Assembly: GCA_045586685.1 (NCBI GenBank)
Contig: JAZNAU010000009.1
Span: forward strand, 1 to 64,000
Direction: 5' to 3'
DNA: 64,000 nucleotides
Source of the DNA: Clostridia bacterium
GTDB lineage: Bacteria; Bacillota; Clostridia; HGM11514
Below, piece by piece: positions 31,278-42,794 of this stretch. The notes beneath the pieces were generated by a model. That model searched no databases and was not told where the DNA came from. It saw only the letters and a list, made by a program, of their open reading frames with translations. Both the position numbers and the translations under genes were made by a program. How positions within the stretch are numbered: the first letter of the stretch is position 1; every line of letters begins with the position of its first letter.

Positions 31278-33358
31278 TCTCCGCCCCTCTCAAAATCACA
31301 TTTACCACAGTATTGCTTTTTCTTTTTTCCTATTTTTTTATCAAACAAGCTACCGCCACACTTGGGGCAATGCTCCTTTGTTGGCTGATCCCATGTTACA
31401 AAATCACAGGTAGGATTGGATTCACACCCAAAATATTTCTTTCCCTTTTGGCTCTTTTTCTCCAATACCCGCCCTCCGCATTTGGGACACAAAGCTCCTG
31501 TATCAATTACAATTGCTTTGGTATTACGGCACTCCGGGAAGCCGGGGCATGCAAGGAATTTTCCATACCGACCCATTTTATAAACCATGGTTCTGCCGCA
31601 CTTATCGCAAATTACATCTGATTCTTCATCTGCAATAGTAATTTTTTCCATTTCCTTTTCTGCATTATTCAAATCCTTTTCAAACGGACCGTAAAACTCT
31701 TTCAGAATTTGAACCCAATCGGTAGAACCCTCTTCCACCTGGTCAAGCTGGTGCTCCATGGTTGCGGTAAATTTTACATCAACAATATTTTTAAAATATT
31801 GCTTCATCAAATCAGTTACCACCGTACCCAGTTCTGTGGGTTTTAACACTTTAGAATCACGCACCACATATCCTCTTTGTAAAATGGTAGAAATGGTAGG
31901 TGCATAGGTACTGGGTCGTCCAATTCCATTTTCTTCTAACGCTTTTAACAAAGCCGCTTCACTATATCGTTGGGGTGGCAAAGTAAAATGCTGTTTGGAA
32001 TTCAGATTTTCTTTTACCAGCACATCTCCTTCAATCAGTTCAGGCAGCTTTACCTCCTTTTCCTGATCAGCATCCTCCTGTTTGGAAACGTCCGTTGCTT
32101 CCTGATACAGCACCATAAAACCGGCAAATTTCTGTTTGGAACCGTTGGCACGGAACAGGTAGTCATTGGCTGTAATCTCTGCTGAAATCGTATCATACAC
32201 AGCCGCCTCCATCTGACTTGCCACAAACCGTTCCCAAATCAGCTTGTATAACTTATACTGATCAGTCGGCAAAGTTTTCTTTAATCGGTCAGGCGTAATG
32301 GAAACCATACTGGGACGAATGGCTTCATGGGCATCTTGTGCATTGTTCTTCGATTTATAAACTCTCGGTTTTTTGGGAAGATAGTCCTCCCCGTATTTGC
32401 TTTGAATATATGCTCTTGCTTCTGCCTGAGCTTCTTCTGAAATCCGCAAAGAGTCTGTTCTCATATAGGTAATCAGACCTACCAGACCAATCCCTTCAAC
32501 CTCAACCCCTTCATAAAGCTGTTGTGCTGCGGACATGGTTTTTTTGGCAGTATAACCGTACTTTTTAGAAGCTTCCTGTTGGAGGGAACTTGTAATAAAG
32601 GGAGGCACGGGTGATTTTGTTTTCTTGGCTTTTTTTATAGAGGTTACCCGATAGTCAGCTCCCTCCAAGCCCCGTAAAACATTATTCACCTGCTGTTCAT
32701 TTTCCAGTTCAATTTTCCCTTTTTTATTCCCGTAGAAACGAGCATCAAAGGATGCTTTTCCCTTTTTTAATTCCGCTGTCAAAGACCAATATTCTTCAGG
32801 TACAAATTGTTCAATTTCTGCTTCACGATCTACCACAAGACGGGTTGCAACAGATTGGACACGTCCTGCACTCAAACCCTTTTTCACCTTTTTCCAGAAC
32901 AAAGGGCTGATTTGATAGCCAACCACTCTGTCCAGCACCCTTCTTGCCTGTTGTGCATTGACCAAATCTTCATTGATTTTACAAGGCTGTTTTACAGCCG
33001 CTTTTACTGCATTTTTGGTAATCTCATTAAAGGAAATCCGACATTCGGATTCCTGATCAATTTGCAATAAGTGTGCCAAATGCCATGAAATTGCCTCTCC
33101 TTCACGGTCAGGGTCAGTTGCCAGATATATTTTGTCCGCATTTTTTGCATCCCGTTTTAATTTACTGAGCAATTCTCCCTTTCCGCGAATGGTAATATAT
33201 TTGGGTTCAAAATCATTCTCGATATCAACCCCCAACTGACTTTTGGGCAAATCACGCAAATGCCCCATGGAAGCTACAACTTTATAATTTTTTCCTAAAT
33301 ATTTTGTAATGGTTTTTGCTTTCGCCGGTGATTCCACAATCACCAAATATTTTGCCAT
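31274..33358 (-). CDS. topA: DNA topoisomerase I
   Basis: [13 protein letters not shown]; ATDPDREGE; ITYMRTDS; C-terminal Zn ribbons. Confidence 0.98.
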   Translation of the reverse strand: MAKYLVIVESPAKAKTITKYLGKNYKVVASMGHLRDLPKSQLGVDIENDFEPKYITIRGKGELLSKLKRDAKNADKIYLATDPDREGEAISWHLAHLLQIDQESECRISFNEITKNAVKAAVKQPCKINEDLVNAQQARRVLDRVVGYQISPLFWKKVKKGLSAGRVQSVATRLVVDREAEIEQFVPEEYWSLTAELKKGKASFDARFYGNKKGKIELENEQQVNNVLRGLEGADYRVTSIKKAKKTKSPVPPFITSSLQQEASKKYGYTAKKTMSAAQQLYEGVEVEGIGLVGLITYMRTDSLRISEEAQAEARAYIQSKYGEDYLPKKPRVYKSKNNAQDAHEAIRPSMVSITPDRLKKTLPTDQYKLYKLIWERFVASQMEAAVYDTISAEITANDYLFRANGSKQKFAGFMVLYQEATDVSKQEDADQEKEVKLPELIEGDVLVKENLNSKQHFTLPPQRYSEAALLKALEENGIGRPSTYAPTISTILQRGYVVRDSKVLKPTELGTVVTDLMKQYFKNIVDVKFTATMEHQLDQVEEGSTDWVQILKEFYGPFEKDLNNAEKEMEKITIADEESDVICDKCGRTMVYKMGRYGKFLACPGFPECRNTKAIVIDTGALCPKCGGRVLEKKSQKGKKYFGCESNPTCDFVTWDQPTKEHCPKCGGSLFDKKIGKKKKQYCGKCDFERGGE

Positions 33359-33382
33359 AGTTTCCTCCTATTTTTAAGGATG

Positions 33383-34489
33383 CTAAGAAATGAAACGGTA
33401 AACATCTCCGCCCAAATTCATTACCAATCCTTTTATTTCCATCATCATAAGCGCAGACAAAACCTGTGGTCCTGGCAGATTCACATACTCGGTCAAGTCA
33501 TCAATAAACAACTGACCGTGATACTGCAACACCTCTGCAATTTTCCGTTCTGCCGGAGGTAGTCCGTCCAAATCCATCTCTGTTTTTTCTTCTTTTGGAG
33601 CGTCAACAATCTCCCAATGAAACACTTCGTAAATATCCGTAGGACTCATCACAGGACGAGCACCGTCAAACAGTAACCGGTTACTTCCTACATGATTGTA
33701 AGAATAAATACTTCCCGGAACTGCAAATACTTCTTTATTTTCCTCTAATGCCCGATTGGCAGTAATCAATGCACCGCTTGTTTTTGGTGCTTCCACCACT
33801 AAGGTTCCTTCTGAAATCCCCGCCATAATTCGGTTACGAATGGGAAAATGATGTGCATAGGGACGGGAACCGGGAGGATATTCACTGAGTATCAAGCCGG
33901 TCTGAATCAGTTTTTCCATCAACCCGCTATTATAAGCTGGGTATACCACATCCACTCCGCAGCCTAATACTGCAATGGTTGGTGTGGGCCCTTCCGATGC
34001 ACCTTTGTTCGCATAAGAATCAATCCCTTCTGCCATACCACTGACCACCGTAATCCCATGTTGTGACATTTGTGCCGCAAACTCATAGGCCGTTTTATTT
34101 CCTTCTTTGGTGGATTTTCTCGTTCCTACAATGGTAAACAGGATACTTTTAGAAAAATCAGGAATCTTTCCTTTATAATAAAGCACTACGGGCGGACTGT
34201 AAATTTCTTTCAACTGCTTAGGAAAACGAGGATCTTCATAGGTTAAAATGCCAATTCGTCCTTCCTCACACTGTTTAATAATTTTTTCTGCTTTCTTCAG
34301 GCTTTTGTTACACAATGCACGTGCTTCTTTTCTTCCTATCTGGCTCATTTCCTGTAATGTTTCTCGGTTTGCCAGTTCATAAACTTTGCGGGCAGAGCCA
34401 AACCATTCCAAAACAGGTTTTACATACCGATTCTCCGCACCCAAGCCTTCTGCTAACCATATCCAGTACAATTCATCCATTGTATTCAC
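33383..34489 (-). CDS. dprA: DNA-processing protein DprA
   Basis: IVGTRK; VSGMAEGID; FPIRNRI; SGALITA; VFAVPG. Confidence 0.95.
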   Translation of the reverse strand: MNTMDELYWIWLAEGLGAENRYVKPVLEWFGSARKVYELANRETLQEMSQIGRKEARALCNKSLKKAEKIIKQCEEGRIGILTYEDPRFPKQLKEIYSPPVVLYYKGKIPDFSKSILFTIVGTRKSTKEGNKTAYEFAAQMSQHGITVVSGMAEGIDSYANKGASEGPTPTIAVLGCGVDVVYPAYNSGLMEKLIQTGLILSEYPPGSRPYAHHFPIRNRIMAGISEGTLVVEAPKTSGALITANRALEENKEVFAVPGSIYSYNHVGSNRLLFDGARPVMSPTDIYEVFHWEIVDAPKEEKTEMDLDGLPPAERKIAEVLQYHGQLFIDDLTEYVNLPGPQVLSALMMMEIKGLVMNLGGDVYRFIS

Positions 34490-34501
34490 CCAATCAAGAA
34501 T

Positions 34502-35257
34502 TTATTTCACATTCCTCTGACGGAAGGCCTCATAAGCCGCCACACCAAAGGCAACAGCCGCATTTAAAGACTCGCTTTTGCCCACCATAGGAATTTTTAT
34601 TTTCTCTTTTGCCATTGTTAAAACCGCCTGACTCACGCCATGAGCTTCATTTCCCACAACGAGAGCAAAGGCTTTGGTAAAATCAAAATCATAAAGGGAA
34701 ACAGATTCCTGCAAATCAGCACAAACAAGATGAAAATCAGAAAGCTGTTCCACATCAGGGACTTTTACAATGGGCAAATCAAATAATGCACCCATAGTAG
34801 ACCGCACCACTTTAGGACTGTACACATCCACACAGTCCCCCAACAAAATCACACCGCCAAAACCGGCCGCATCTGCCGTACGAATAATTGTGCCCAGATT
34901 TCCCGGGTCGCTCAACCCGTCACAAACTGCAATAGGCTTATTTTTATCAAGAGATTGCAAATCTGCTTCCGGCTTCTTTGCAACAGCAATAATTCCTTGA
35001 GAATGACAGGTATCGGACAAATCGGACAAAATTCTGTCATCCGCTTCATAACACTCTAAAGCGGTCAATCCCTGTTCGAAATACTCATGACGGGCAAACA
35101 CCCATTGCAAGGGGATTCCCTTTTTCAAAGCATCAAATACCAGCCGTTCTCCTTCCAACAAAAACAAACCCGTTTTCTCGCGGTGGTTTTTTTTCAGAAG
35201 CTTTTTGGTTTCGGACACCTTTCGGTTATCCCGACTTGTAATCTTTTTCACCGTCAA
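34502..35257 (-). CDS. TrmH/SpoU family RNA methyltransferase
   Basis: DPGNLGTIIRTADAAG; GNEAHG; IPM...ESLNAAVA; probable TTG start. Confidence 0.9.
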   Translation of the reverse strand: MTVKKITSRDNRKVSETKKLLKKNHREKTGLFLLEGERLVFDALKKGIPLQWVFARHEYFEQGLTALECYEADDRILSDLSDTCHSQGIIAVAKKPEADLQSLDKNKPIAVCDGLSDPGNLGTIIRTADAAGFGGVILLGDCVDVYSPKVVRSTMGALFDLPIVKVPDVEQLSDFHLVCADLQESVSLYDFDFTKAFALVVGNEAHGVSQAVLTMAKEKIKIPMVGKSESLNAAVAFGVAAYEAFRQRNVK

Positions 35258-35371
35258 CCTTATCGCTCCTTTTGTTTTTACAGGATTAGCCCTCGGCGCA
35301 CCTTTTGCACCGAAGGCTGTCAATAAAATTTTAGACCCGCTAATACAACGGATCTAAAAATTCGGTTCTTA

Positions 35372-35725
35372 TTACAGGCTTGCTTTTGCAGTTTCAACCA
35401 ACTTAGCAAAACCTTCAGCATCATGAATTGCCAGTTCGGAAAGCATTTTACGGTTCATCACGATACCTGCCTTCTTCAGACCGTTCATAAAAGTAGAGTA
35501 GTTCATGCCGTTCATTTTAGCGGCTGCACTGATACGTGCAATCCACAGCTTTCTGAATTCTCTCTTCTTTTGCTTTCTACCAACATATGCAAAAGCCAAA
35601 GATCTCATTACTGCTTGGTTCGCAATTCTGTATTGCTTTCCTTGAGCGCCTCTGAAACCTTTTGCAAGTTTCAATACTTTCTTATGTCTTTTTCTGGTGG
35701 CCATAGCACCTTTTACTCTTGCCAT
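35372..35725 (-). CDS. rplT: 50S ribosomal protein L20
   Basis: MARVK...AKGFRG...FRKLWIARI...NRKMLSELA. Confidence 0.98.
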   Translation of the reverse strand: MARVKGAMATRKRHKKVLKLAKGFRGAQGKQYRIANQAVMRSLAFAYVGRKQKKREFRKLWIARISAAAKMNGMNYSTFMNGLKKAGIVMNRKMLSELAIHDAEGFAKLVETAKASL

Positions 35726-35746
35726 TTTGTTCTCCTCCTATTCGGC

Positions 35747-35944
35747 TTATTTGTAAGGAATCAATTTCTTTACGGTTGCTGCGTTTGCAACACTTGCATA
35801 GCCCGGCTTACGCAGACCTCTTTTTCTCTTGGTGGATTTCTTTGTCAGAATATGACTGCGAAATGCTTTTCCTCTTTTAACTTTACCGGTTTTTGTAAGT
35901 GAAAAGCGCTTTGCCGCACCTCTGTGAGTTTTAATCTTAGGCAT
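35747..35944 (-). CDS. rpmI: 50S ribosomal protein L35
   Basis: [14 protein letters not shown]. Confidence 0.98.
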   Translation of the reverse strand: MPKIKTHRGAAKRFSLTKTGKVKRGKAFRSHILTKKSTKRKRGLRKPGYASVANAATVKKLIPYK

Positions 35945-35999
35945 TTTAATAACTCCTTCCCTTGCTTGAATTTTTAAATTTCAGCCCTCTGCAAGTAAT

Positions 36000-36515
36000 T
36001 TACTTTTGAGCAGTAGGCGCAATAAACATTACCATATTTCTGCCTTCCATTTTAGCAGGACGATCTACTGTGCCGAATCCTTCCACACCGTCTTTAAATC
36101 TGTCAAGCAACGTGGTTCCCAATGCAGTATGCTGCATTTCCCGACCGCGGAAACGAACCGCAACCTTTACCTTATCGCCGGATTTCAAAAACTTCAGCGC
36201 ATTATTCAGCTTGGTTTCAAAATCGTGAGTATCAATGGAGGGAGACAGACGAACCTCTTTTACTTCTACAATCTTTTGATTCTTTCTGGCTTCCTTTTCC
36301 CGTTTGGCAAGCTCAAATTTATACTTACCATAGTCCATAATTTTGCAAACCGGAGGTTTTCCCTGAGGCGCAATCAACACCAGGTCCAAATCTTTTTCAA
36401 CCGCCAGCTTTTTTGCTGCCGTACTGGTCATGATTCCTAGCTGATCCCCGTCAGGTCCAATCACTCTGACTTCTTTCTCACGGATTTCTTCGTTCATGAT
36501 TATTTCCTTGCTAAT
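36000..36515 (-). CDS. infC: Translation initiation factor IF-3 (ATT start)
   Basis: NEEIR..EVRVI; PPVCKIMDYGK; FRGRE; GGAGGTG RBS followed by in-frame ATT at 36515, the usual infC non-AUG start. Confidence 0.95.
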   Translation of the reverse strand: MSKEIIMNEEIREKEVRVIGPDGDQLGIMTSTAAKKLAVEKDLDLVLIAPQGKPPVCKIMDYGKYKFELAKREKEARKNQKIVEVKEVRLSPSIDTHDFETKLNNALKFLKSGDKVKVAVRFRGREMQHTALGTTLLDRFKDGVEGFGTVDRPAKMEGRNMVMFIAPTAQK

Positions 36516-36534
36516 AACAGTACACCTCCCAAAA

Positions 36535-36665
36535 AAATAAAACAGACAAGCCCTTCGCCTGTCCGTCCAACGATACAAAGACACATATCCCTATGTGTTC
36601 CTTGCTCTATTAACCCGGACGAACAAAATCGCAAAGGTGAGAAACTAACGTTTCTTCTTGATTTC
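36535..36665 (-). promoter_or_regulatory. L20 leader RNA
   Basis: Minus strand AAGAAGAAAC...GTTTCTCACCT...AGGCGAAGGG then a U-tract, upstream of infC-rpmI-rplT. Confidence 0.7.
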
Positions 36666-36801
36666 TCAATTATTCTACCACAGTTTCCCTCCTCTGTCAA
36701 GGGTTTTTTAAAAAAAATATGTAAAAATCATAAAAACATGTTTTCATCTTGACTATCTGAAAAAAAGGGGGTAAAATAAAATATTGTGGAGGTTGATACA
36801 A

Positions 36802-37710
36802 ATGAAAAATACGAAATTGAAGGGAAATTTAATTTTACTGCTGACGGCGTTGGTTTGGGGAATTTCTTTTATTTCCCAAAGCAAGGGTGTGGAATTGATT
36901 TCACCCGTTACCTTCAACGGTGTACGATGTATGTTGGGAGCCCTTGTGCTGGTTCCTGTTATCTTGTTTTTGGATAACAACAAAAAAAGAAAGGGAATGT
37001 CTGTACAGAGAATTGATAAAAACCTTCTGATTGGCGGAATTGTTTGCGGTACCTTTTTATGTCTGGCAAGCACTCTCCAAACCGCCGGTATGGTTTACAC
37101 CAGCCCGGGAAAATCAGGGTTTATCACCGCTCTTTATATGATCATTATTCCCATCTTGGGTCTTTTTATGGGAAAACGTCCCTCCACTGCAATTCTGATA
37201 TCTGTCTTGATTGCAACGGCGGGAATGTATCTGATGTGTATTGACTCTGCTTTCACCATCAATAAAGGAGATGTTTTGACCTTAGGGTGTGCCTTTTTGT
37301 TTTCCGGACATATTCTTGCCATTGACTACTTTTCTCCAAAAGTCGATGGTGTGAAGCTTGCCTGTCTGCAGTTTTTTGTATCGGGTCTCTTCAATCTTAC
37401 TTATATGTTTTGTTTTGAAGAACCACAGCTTCTTCCTATTTTAAATTGTTGGGGTGCTATTGGCTATTCCGGAATTATGTCCTGCGGAGTTGCTTACACC
37501 CTCCAGATTGTAGGACAAAAATATACCGACCCCACCTCAGCATCCATTATTATGAGTTTAGAATCGGTATTTGCTACTCTGTCCACCGTCTTTTTGATTG
37601 CCTTGGGTTGGAATTTAACAGGCGGTGCGCTAACAACAAGAGAAATCCTCGGTTGTATCCTCATGTTTATCGCAATTATCTTGGTTCAGCTTCCTGAAAA
37701 AAAGAGATAA
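36802..37710 (+). CDS. DMT/EamA family transporter
   Basis: LLTALVWGISF; GKSGFITALY; GVAYTLQIVGQ; SLESVFA; about 10 TM segments. Confidence 0.9.
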   Translation: MKNTKLKGNLILLLTALVWGISFISQSKGVELISPVTFNGVRCMLGALVLVPVILFLDNNKKRKGMSVQRIDKNLLIGGIVCGTFLCLASTLQTAGMVYTSPGKSGFITALYMIIIPILGLFMGKRPSTAILISVLIATAGMYLMCIDSAFTINKGDVLTLGCAFLFSGHILAIDYFSPKVDGVKLACLQFFVSGLFNLTYMFCFEEPQLLPILNCWGAIGYSGIMSCGVAYTLQIVGQKYTDPTSASIIMSLESVFATLSTVFLIALGWNLTGGALTTREILGCILMFIAIILVQLPEKKR

Positions 37711-37843
37711 TTTTGTCGAAAAAACAACTTGACTTTCTACCTTATGTATGCTACCATAATATTAACAAATTGTGAACACCTTCAAAAGAGGATGTTAATC
37801 TAGTTTTTGAAGGACGTTACAAAAAATACAAAGGAGGTTTAAA

Positions 37844-39466
37844 ATGAAGATTTTAAACAAGAAAAAGCTGTTAACCCTCTTTGTCTCCATCCTGTGTTTG
37901 CTTGCGACTGCAACCGTTGTATTGGCAACAGGCGAAGGCGAAGAACCCGTAAGCAAGCTGTATGCTACCTTCTGGGCATTGGTTCCCCCGTTGGTTGCCA
38001 TCGCACTTGCTCTCATTACCAAGGAAGTATATTCCTCCCTGTTTATCGGAATTGTACTGGGCGGGCTTCTTTCTGCAAACTTTAACCCCATTGGTGCTCT
38101 GGATAATGTACTGAACGAAGGTATTATTGCTGCCGTTTCCGGTACAGCCGGTATTTTTGTTTTTCTGGTTATCTTAGGTGCTATGGTTGCTCTCATCAAC
38201 AAAGCCGGTGGTTCTGCTGCTTTCGGCCGTTGGGCTGAAGTACACATCAAAACCCGTGTTGGTGCTATGTTTGCTACCTTTATCTTAGGTGTTTTGATTT
38301 TTATTGATGACTATTTTAACTGTCTCACCGTCGGCGGCGTAATGCGTCCTGTTACTGACAGACACAAAATTTCCCGTGCAAAGCTTGCATTTTTAATTGA
38401 CGCAACTGCGGCTCCTGTCTGCATGATTGCCCCTGTTTCCTCCTGGGCGGCTGCAGTTTCCAAATTCACAGAAGGCACAGGTTTTTCCGGAATTGAGTTG
38501 TTTGTTCGTGCCATTCCCTATAACTTTTATTCTTTGCTGATGTTCGTGTTTATTATCGCCATCACATTGATGAAGTTTGATTACGGTCCCATGAAACTGC
38601 ATGAATTTAATGCAATGAACAAAGGTGATTTATTTACAAGCGGAAAAGAGGATATTGCCGCAGAAGTGGAAACAGAGGCAAATCCAAAGGGTCGTGTGAT
38701 GGACCTGATTTTGCCGGTTATCGTTTTGGTTATCATGTCTATCGTGGGTCTGATTTATGTGGGCGGTTTCTTTGCCGGAGATGACTTTATCACCGCCTTT
38801 GGTAACACTGATGCAACGGTAGGGTTGCCTTGGGGTTCCATTGTTGCATTGATTGTCACTATTATTTATCTGATGGCAAGAAGAGTCATTACCTTCAAAG
38901 AAGCTATGGAATGTATTCCCAAGGGTTTTAACGCCATGGTTCCCGCCATTCTCATTTTGACCTTTGCAACCGCTCTTAAGAACATGACAGGACTGTTAGG
39001 TGCTGCAGAATTTGTTGAACTGCTAATGGATTCTGCCGCTGCAGGATTGGCAAACTTCTTGCCTGCTATTATCTTCCTGGTTGCTTGCGGACTGTCCTTC
39101 TCCACCGGTACTTCCTGGGGAACCTTCGGTATTCTGATTCCTATCGTTACCGCAATTTTCGACCCTACAAGCGAACTGCTGATTATCGGCGTATCAGCAT
39201 GTCTGGCTGGTGCCGTATGCGGTGACCACTGCTCTCCTATTTCAGACACAACCATTATGTCCTCTGCAGGAAGCCAATCAAACCACATCAACCATGTTTC
39301 CACTCAGCTGCCTTATGCCATTACAGTAGCATTGATTTCCTTTGTTGTTTACTTACTGGCAGCACTGGTACAAAATGCATTCGTACTGTTGCCTGTGGGT
39401 ATTATTCTGACACTGGTTACACTCTTTGTCATCAAACAGGTAAGCGGTAAAAAATCAGTCGAATAA
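37844..39466 (+). CDS. Na+/H+ antiporter NhaC-family transporter (possibly an amino acid transporter)
   Basis: FIDDYFNCL; IDATAAP; FSTGTSWGTFGI; GAVCGDHCSPISDTT. Confidence 0.88.
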   Translation: MKILNKKKLLTLFVSILCLLATATVVLATGEGEEPVSKLYATFWALVPPLVAIALALITKEVYSSLFIGIVLGGLLSANFNPIGALDNVLNEGIIAAVSGTAGIFVFLVILGAMVALINKAGGSAAFGRWAEVHIKTRVGAMFATFILGVLIFIDDYFNCLTVGGVMRPVTDRHKISRAKLAFLIDATAAPVCMIAPVSSWAAAVSKFTEGTGFSGIELFVRAIPYNFYSLLMFVFIIAITLMKFDYGPMKLHEFNAMNKGDLFTSGKEDIAAEVETEANPKGRVMDLILPVIVLVIMSIVGLIYVGGFFAGDDFITAFGNTDATVGLPWGSIVALIVTIIYLMARRVITFKEAMECIPKGFNAMVPAILILTFATALKNMTGLLGAAEFVELLMDSAAAGLANFLPAIIFLVACGLSFSTGTSWGTFGILIPIVTAIFDPTSELLIIGVSACLAGAVCGDHCSPISDTTIMSSAGSQSNHINHVSTQLPYAITVALISFVVYLLAALVQNAFVLLPVGIILTLVTLFVIKQVSGKKSVE

Positions 39467-39527
39467 TCTTTCATAAAAAACCACTCCGAAGAGTATCTTC
39501 GGAGTGATTTTTATATAACCTATTGAT

Positions 39528-40874
39528 TTATGCAAGTCCCATTACTTTCAGCACGATATAGATAACAAACAATGCAACGGATACCCACATAACACCGCTG
39601 ATTTCCTTAACCTTGCCAATGATGAGCTTCAAGATAACCCATGCCAGCATACCAAACATAATACCATTTGCAATGGAATAGGTCAGAGGCATCATAACGA
39701 TTGCCAGGAATGCACCGATAGTATCAGCAGCATCACCGTTGAAGTCAACCTTCTTTACAGAAGAAAGCATCAAAAGACCAACATACAGCATTGCAGGAGT
39801 GGTAGCAAAACCGGGAATTGCTGTGAAAACAGGAGCCAGAACCAAGGATACAAAGAACAGCAAGCCTGTTACAACAGATGCAAGCCCTGTTTTACCGCCG
39901 GCTGCAACACCTGCGCTGGATTCAACATAGCTTGTAACAGTAGAAGTACCTAAAACAGCACCAACAGTAGTACCTACAGCATCAGCCATCAAAGCACCGC
40001 CTGCATTAGGCAGTTTTCCTTCTTCATCCAATAAATCGCCTTTTTCTGCAACACCGATTAAGGTACCAACGGTATCAAAAATATCGGTGTATAAGAAAGT
40101 GAACATAATCAAAAGGAAAGCGGGCAGATTCTTTGCAATAAATCCAAAATCAAACTCACAGAACAAGGGAGCTTTAAAAGCGTCCAAGCTGAAGCTTGGG
40201 ATAACAGAATAAACACCTGCTTCAATATCAACTACATACCAACCAACTAATTCTGCAACAATACCAAAAATCCAGGTAATGATGATACCCAGCAAAATAC
40301 TTCCGGGAACCTTGAAATGATCCAAAACACCGATAATCAGCAAACCAGCCAGTGCCAATACAACACCGGGAGATGCCAGATCTCCTAATGCAACAGTAGT
40401 TGCAGGGTCAGCCACCACAATTTTGGCATTGATCAATGCAATAATGGTGATAAACAGTCCAATTCCGGCTGTGATACCAAATTTCAGGTTGTTAGGGATG
40501 GTGTTCACCAGAGCTTCACGGAACTTGAACAGGGAAAGTATCATGAAAATAATACCTTCAAATAAAATTGCCGTTAACGCTACCTGATAAGAGTAGCCCA
40601 TTGCACCGCATACGGTAAAAGCAAAAAACGCATTCAGACCCATACCGGAAGCCAAAGCTACAGGATAGTTGGCAAAGAATGCCATGCACAGTGTTGCGAT
40701 CCCTGCGGAGATTGCAGTTGCAGAAAACGCAGCACCTCTATTGATGCCCGCAATTTCCATGTAATTGGGATTTACCGCTAAGATATACGCCATTGCAAGG
40801 AATGTGGTAATACCCGCGATAATCTCCGTGCGAACGCTACTGCCGCGTTCTTTGATTTTAAAAAACTTTTCCAT
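39528..40874 (-). CDS. NCS2/AzgA-family purine permease
   Basis: TEIIAGITTFLAMAYI; GMGLNAFF; DIFDTVGT; YVESSAGVAAGGKTG. Confidence 0.92.
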   Translation of the reverse strand: MEKFFKIKERGSSVRTEIIAGITTFLAMAYILAVNPNYMEIAGINRGAAFSATAISAGIATLCMAFFANYPVALASGMGLNAFFAFTVCGAMGYSYQVALTAILFEGIIFMILSLFKFREALVNTIPNNLKFGITAGIGLFITIIALINAKIVVADPATTVALGDLASPGVVLALAGLLIIGVLDHFKVPGSILLGIIITWIFGIVAELVGWYVVDIEAGVYSVIPSFSLDAFKAPLFCEFDFGFIAKNLPAFLLIMFTFLYTDIFDTVGTLIGVAEKGDLLDEEGKLPNAGGALMADAVGTTVGAVLGTSTVTSYVESSAGVAAGGKTGLASVVTGLLFFVSLVLAPVFTAIPGFATTPAMLYVGLLMLSSVKKVDFNGDAADTIGAFLAIVMMPLTYSIANGIMFGMLAWVILKLIIGKVKEISGVMWVSVALFVIYIVLKVMGLA

Positions 40875-41060
40875 AGAGATTTCACTCCTCAATAAAATAT
40901 TTTTACACTTTAATTTTACAATATTTTCCCTTCTTTTGCAAGTTATTTCGAGAATTTTTGACATTTTGGCACTTTGAACAAGAAATGTATTTTTCATTTG
41001 TAAAATATGCCGTAAAAAAAGAGCCAAACGATTGGCTCCTTCAAGTTCTATGTTGTTCCG

Positions 41061-41711
41061 CTAAAGCACACTTTTTACGGTTGCAACTCCTTGCTCCACT
41101 GTAAATTTCACGGTGAATGTACCAAATGTAAAAGAATAAATTCTATGAGGATCGTCCTGATAAGAAGGCCTAGGGTCTTGCTCCAGTACCTTTGTCAGTG
41201 CCACTCTTTGCTCAGAAGTCAATTCTCCTGTCTCTTCAAAAACAACAGTCAGACGATACTCCCGTACGTCTTCTGCAAATCCGCCTTTGGCATTGGGATA
41301 GCTGTCTGCAAAGGACAGATAAGGTTTGATGTCATAAATGGGTGTTCCGCTCATCAAATCCGCTCCCCGTACAGTAAGCACTCCCCTTTCAATTTTCTCC
41401 AACCGAACCGCTGATAGTCCCAATCCATTTGGACGGAAAGGAGAACGGGTGGCAAACACGCCCATCCGCTTGTTCCCGCCAAGTCTGGGGGGACGCACCG
41501 TGGGTGACCAGCCCTTTGATTGGGAAAATCCCCAAATCAGCCAAACGTGAGAAAATTCCTCTAATCCCCGAAATGCCTCCTCTCTGTCAAATTCAGGCTC
41601 TATTATAATTCTGGAGGTTAGCTCGTCAATCAATCCGCTTTGTCTGGGCAAGCCGAACTTTTCCGGAAAATCATTTTCAATTTTTGCAATGACCTGTAAT
41701 TTCATGTTCAT
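41061..41711 (-). CDS. tsaA: tRNA m6t6A37 methyltransferase TrmO/TsaA
   Basis: KFGLPRQ; VRPPRLGGN..GVFATRSPFRPN; GTPIYDIKPY; QDPRP. Confidence 0.93.
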   Translation of the reverse strand: MNMKLQVIAKIENDFPEKFGLPRQSGLIDELTSRIIIEPEFDREEAFRGLEEFSHVWLIWGFSQSKGWSPTVRPPRLGGNKRMGVFATRSPFRPNGLGLSAVRLEKIERGVLTVRGADLMSGTPIYDIKPYLSFADSYPNAKGGFAEDVREYRLTVVFEETGELTSEQRVALTKVLEQDPRPSYQDDPHRIYSFTFGTFTVKFTVEQGVATVKSVL

Positions 41712-42469
41712 AACGTTCCTTTTATACTTAATTCCACCGGACAATGGTCCGACCCGAAAATTTCTGTATGAATGGATGCAGAAGATAATCTGTTTTCCAA
41801 TGTTTCGGAAATGAGAAAATAATCAATCCGCCATCCTGCATTTTTCTCTCTGGCTTTGAATCGGTAAGACCACCAGGAATACATTCCTTCCTTGTGGGGA
41901 TAAAAATACCGATAGGTGTCAATAAAACCGCTGTTCAATAACCGACTCATTTTCTCCCGTTCCTGATCGGTAAAGCCCGGGTTGTTTCGATTTGTTTTTG
42001 GGTTTTTTAAATCAATTTCTTTATGTGCTACATTCAAATCTCCGCATAAAATCACGGGTTTTTTCTTCTCTAAGCCTTTCAGATAAAGAAAGAGGTCATC
42101 CTCCCACTTCATCCGATAATCCAATCGTTTCAATTCATTTTGTGAATTGGGGGTATAGCAAGTTACCACAAAAAATTCCTCAAATTCTGCAGTAATGACC
42201 CGACCTTCCCCATCGTGTTCTTCAATTCCTATCCCATAACAAACAGAGATGGGTTTTGTTTTACAAAAAAGCGCTGTACCAGAATAGCCTTTTTTTTCTG
42301 CAAAATTCCAGTATATGTGATATTGGGGTAAAAAAAGCTCCGCCTGTCCCTCCTGCATCTTTGTTTCCTGTACACAAAACACATCGGCATCCAAGAAATT
42401 TACAATATCCTCAAATCCTTTTCCCAAACAGGCACGCAACCCGTTTACATTCCAAGAAATCAATTTCAA
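41708..42469 (-). CDS. xth: Exodeoxyribonuclease III / AP endonuclease
   Basis: SWNVNGLRA; QETK; GDLNVAH; GWRIDYF; SDHCP. Confidence 0.95.
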   Translation of the reverse strand: MKLISWNVNGLRACLGKGFEDIVNFLDADVFCVQETKMQEGQAELFLPQYHIYWNFAEKKGYSGTALFCKTKPISVCYGIGIEEHDGEGRVITAEFEEFFVVTCYTPNSQNELKRLDYRMKWEDDLFLYLKGLEKKKPVILCGDLNVAHKEIDLKNPKTNRNNPGFTDQEREKMSRLLNSGFIDTYRYFYPHKEGMYSWWSYRFKAREKNAGWRIDYFLISETLENRLSSASIHTEIFGSDHCPVELSIKGTL

Positions 42470-42479
42470 CCATATCACC

Positions 42480-42794
42480 TCATTGCGCTTCTTCATCCAA
42501 CGCTTCAATATAAAAGCTTACAGGTCTGAATCCGTCATTACAGGAAATCATGGCAGATTTTCTGTCCTTCATCCAACCCTCATAAATGTTTTCCCCTCCA
42601 TGAGAAAGGGTCATGACAAATGCAGACATACTCTCCCACGCACTGTCACATAAACCCTCCGGTTTTTTCCAGCCGTTTGCAATAAAAACCTGTCCCTCTT
42701 TCAAATCACAAGCATGTGCAATGGGATTTTCGTATTTGTCAATTAAATCATCATACCGTGCCACTTTCATAACAGTGATTCTGCATTTTTTCAT
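42480..42794 (-). CDS. TIGR04076-like protein
   Basis: AC...GQVF...KPEGLCDSAW...SCNDGFRPVSF. Confidence 0.8.
   Translation of the reverse strand: MKKCRITVMKVARYDDLIDKYENPIAHACDLKEGQVFIANGWKKPEGLCDSAWESMSAFVMTLSHGGENIYEGWMKDRKSAMISCNDGFRPVSFYIEALDEEAQ

Noticed and set aside
37770-37820. 5' UTR hairpin before the NhaC-family gene as a lysine riboswitch
   Set aside because: Only one stem (CCTTCAAAA...TTTTGAAGG) in a ~80-nt leader, far too short and lacking L-box motifs.
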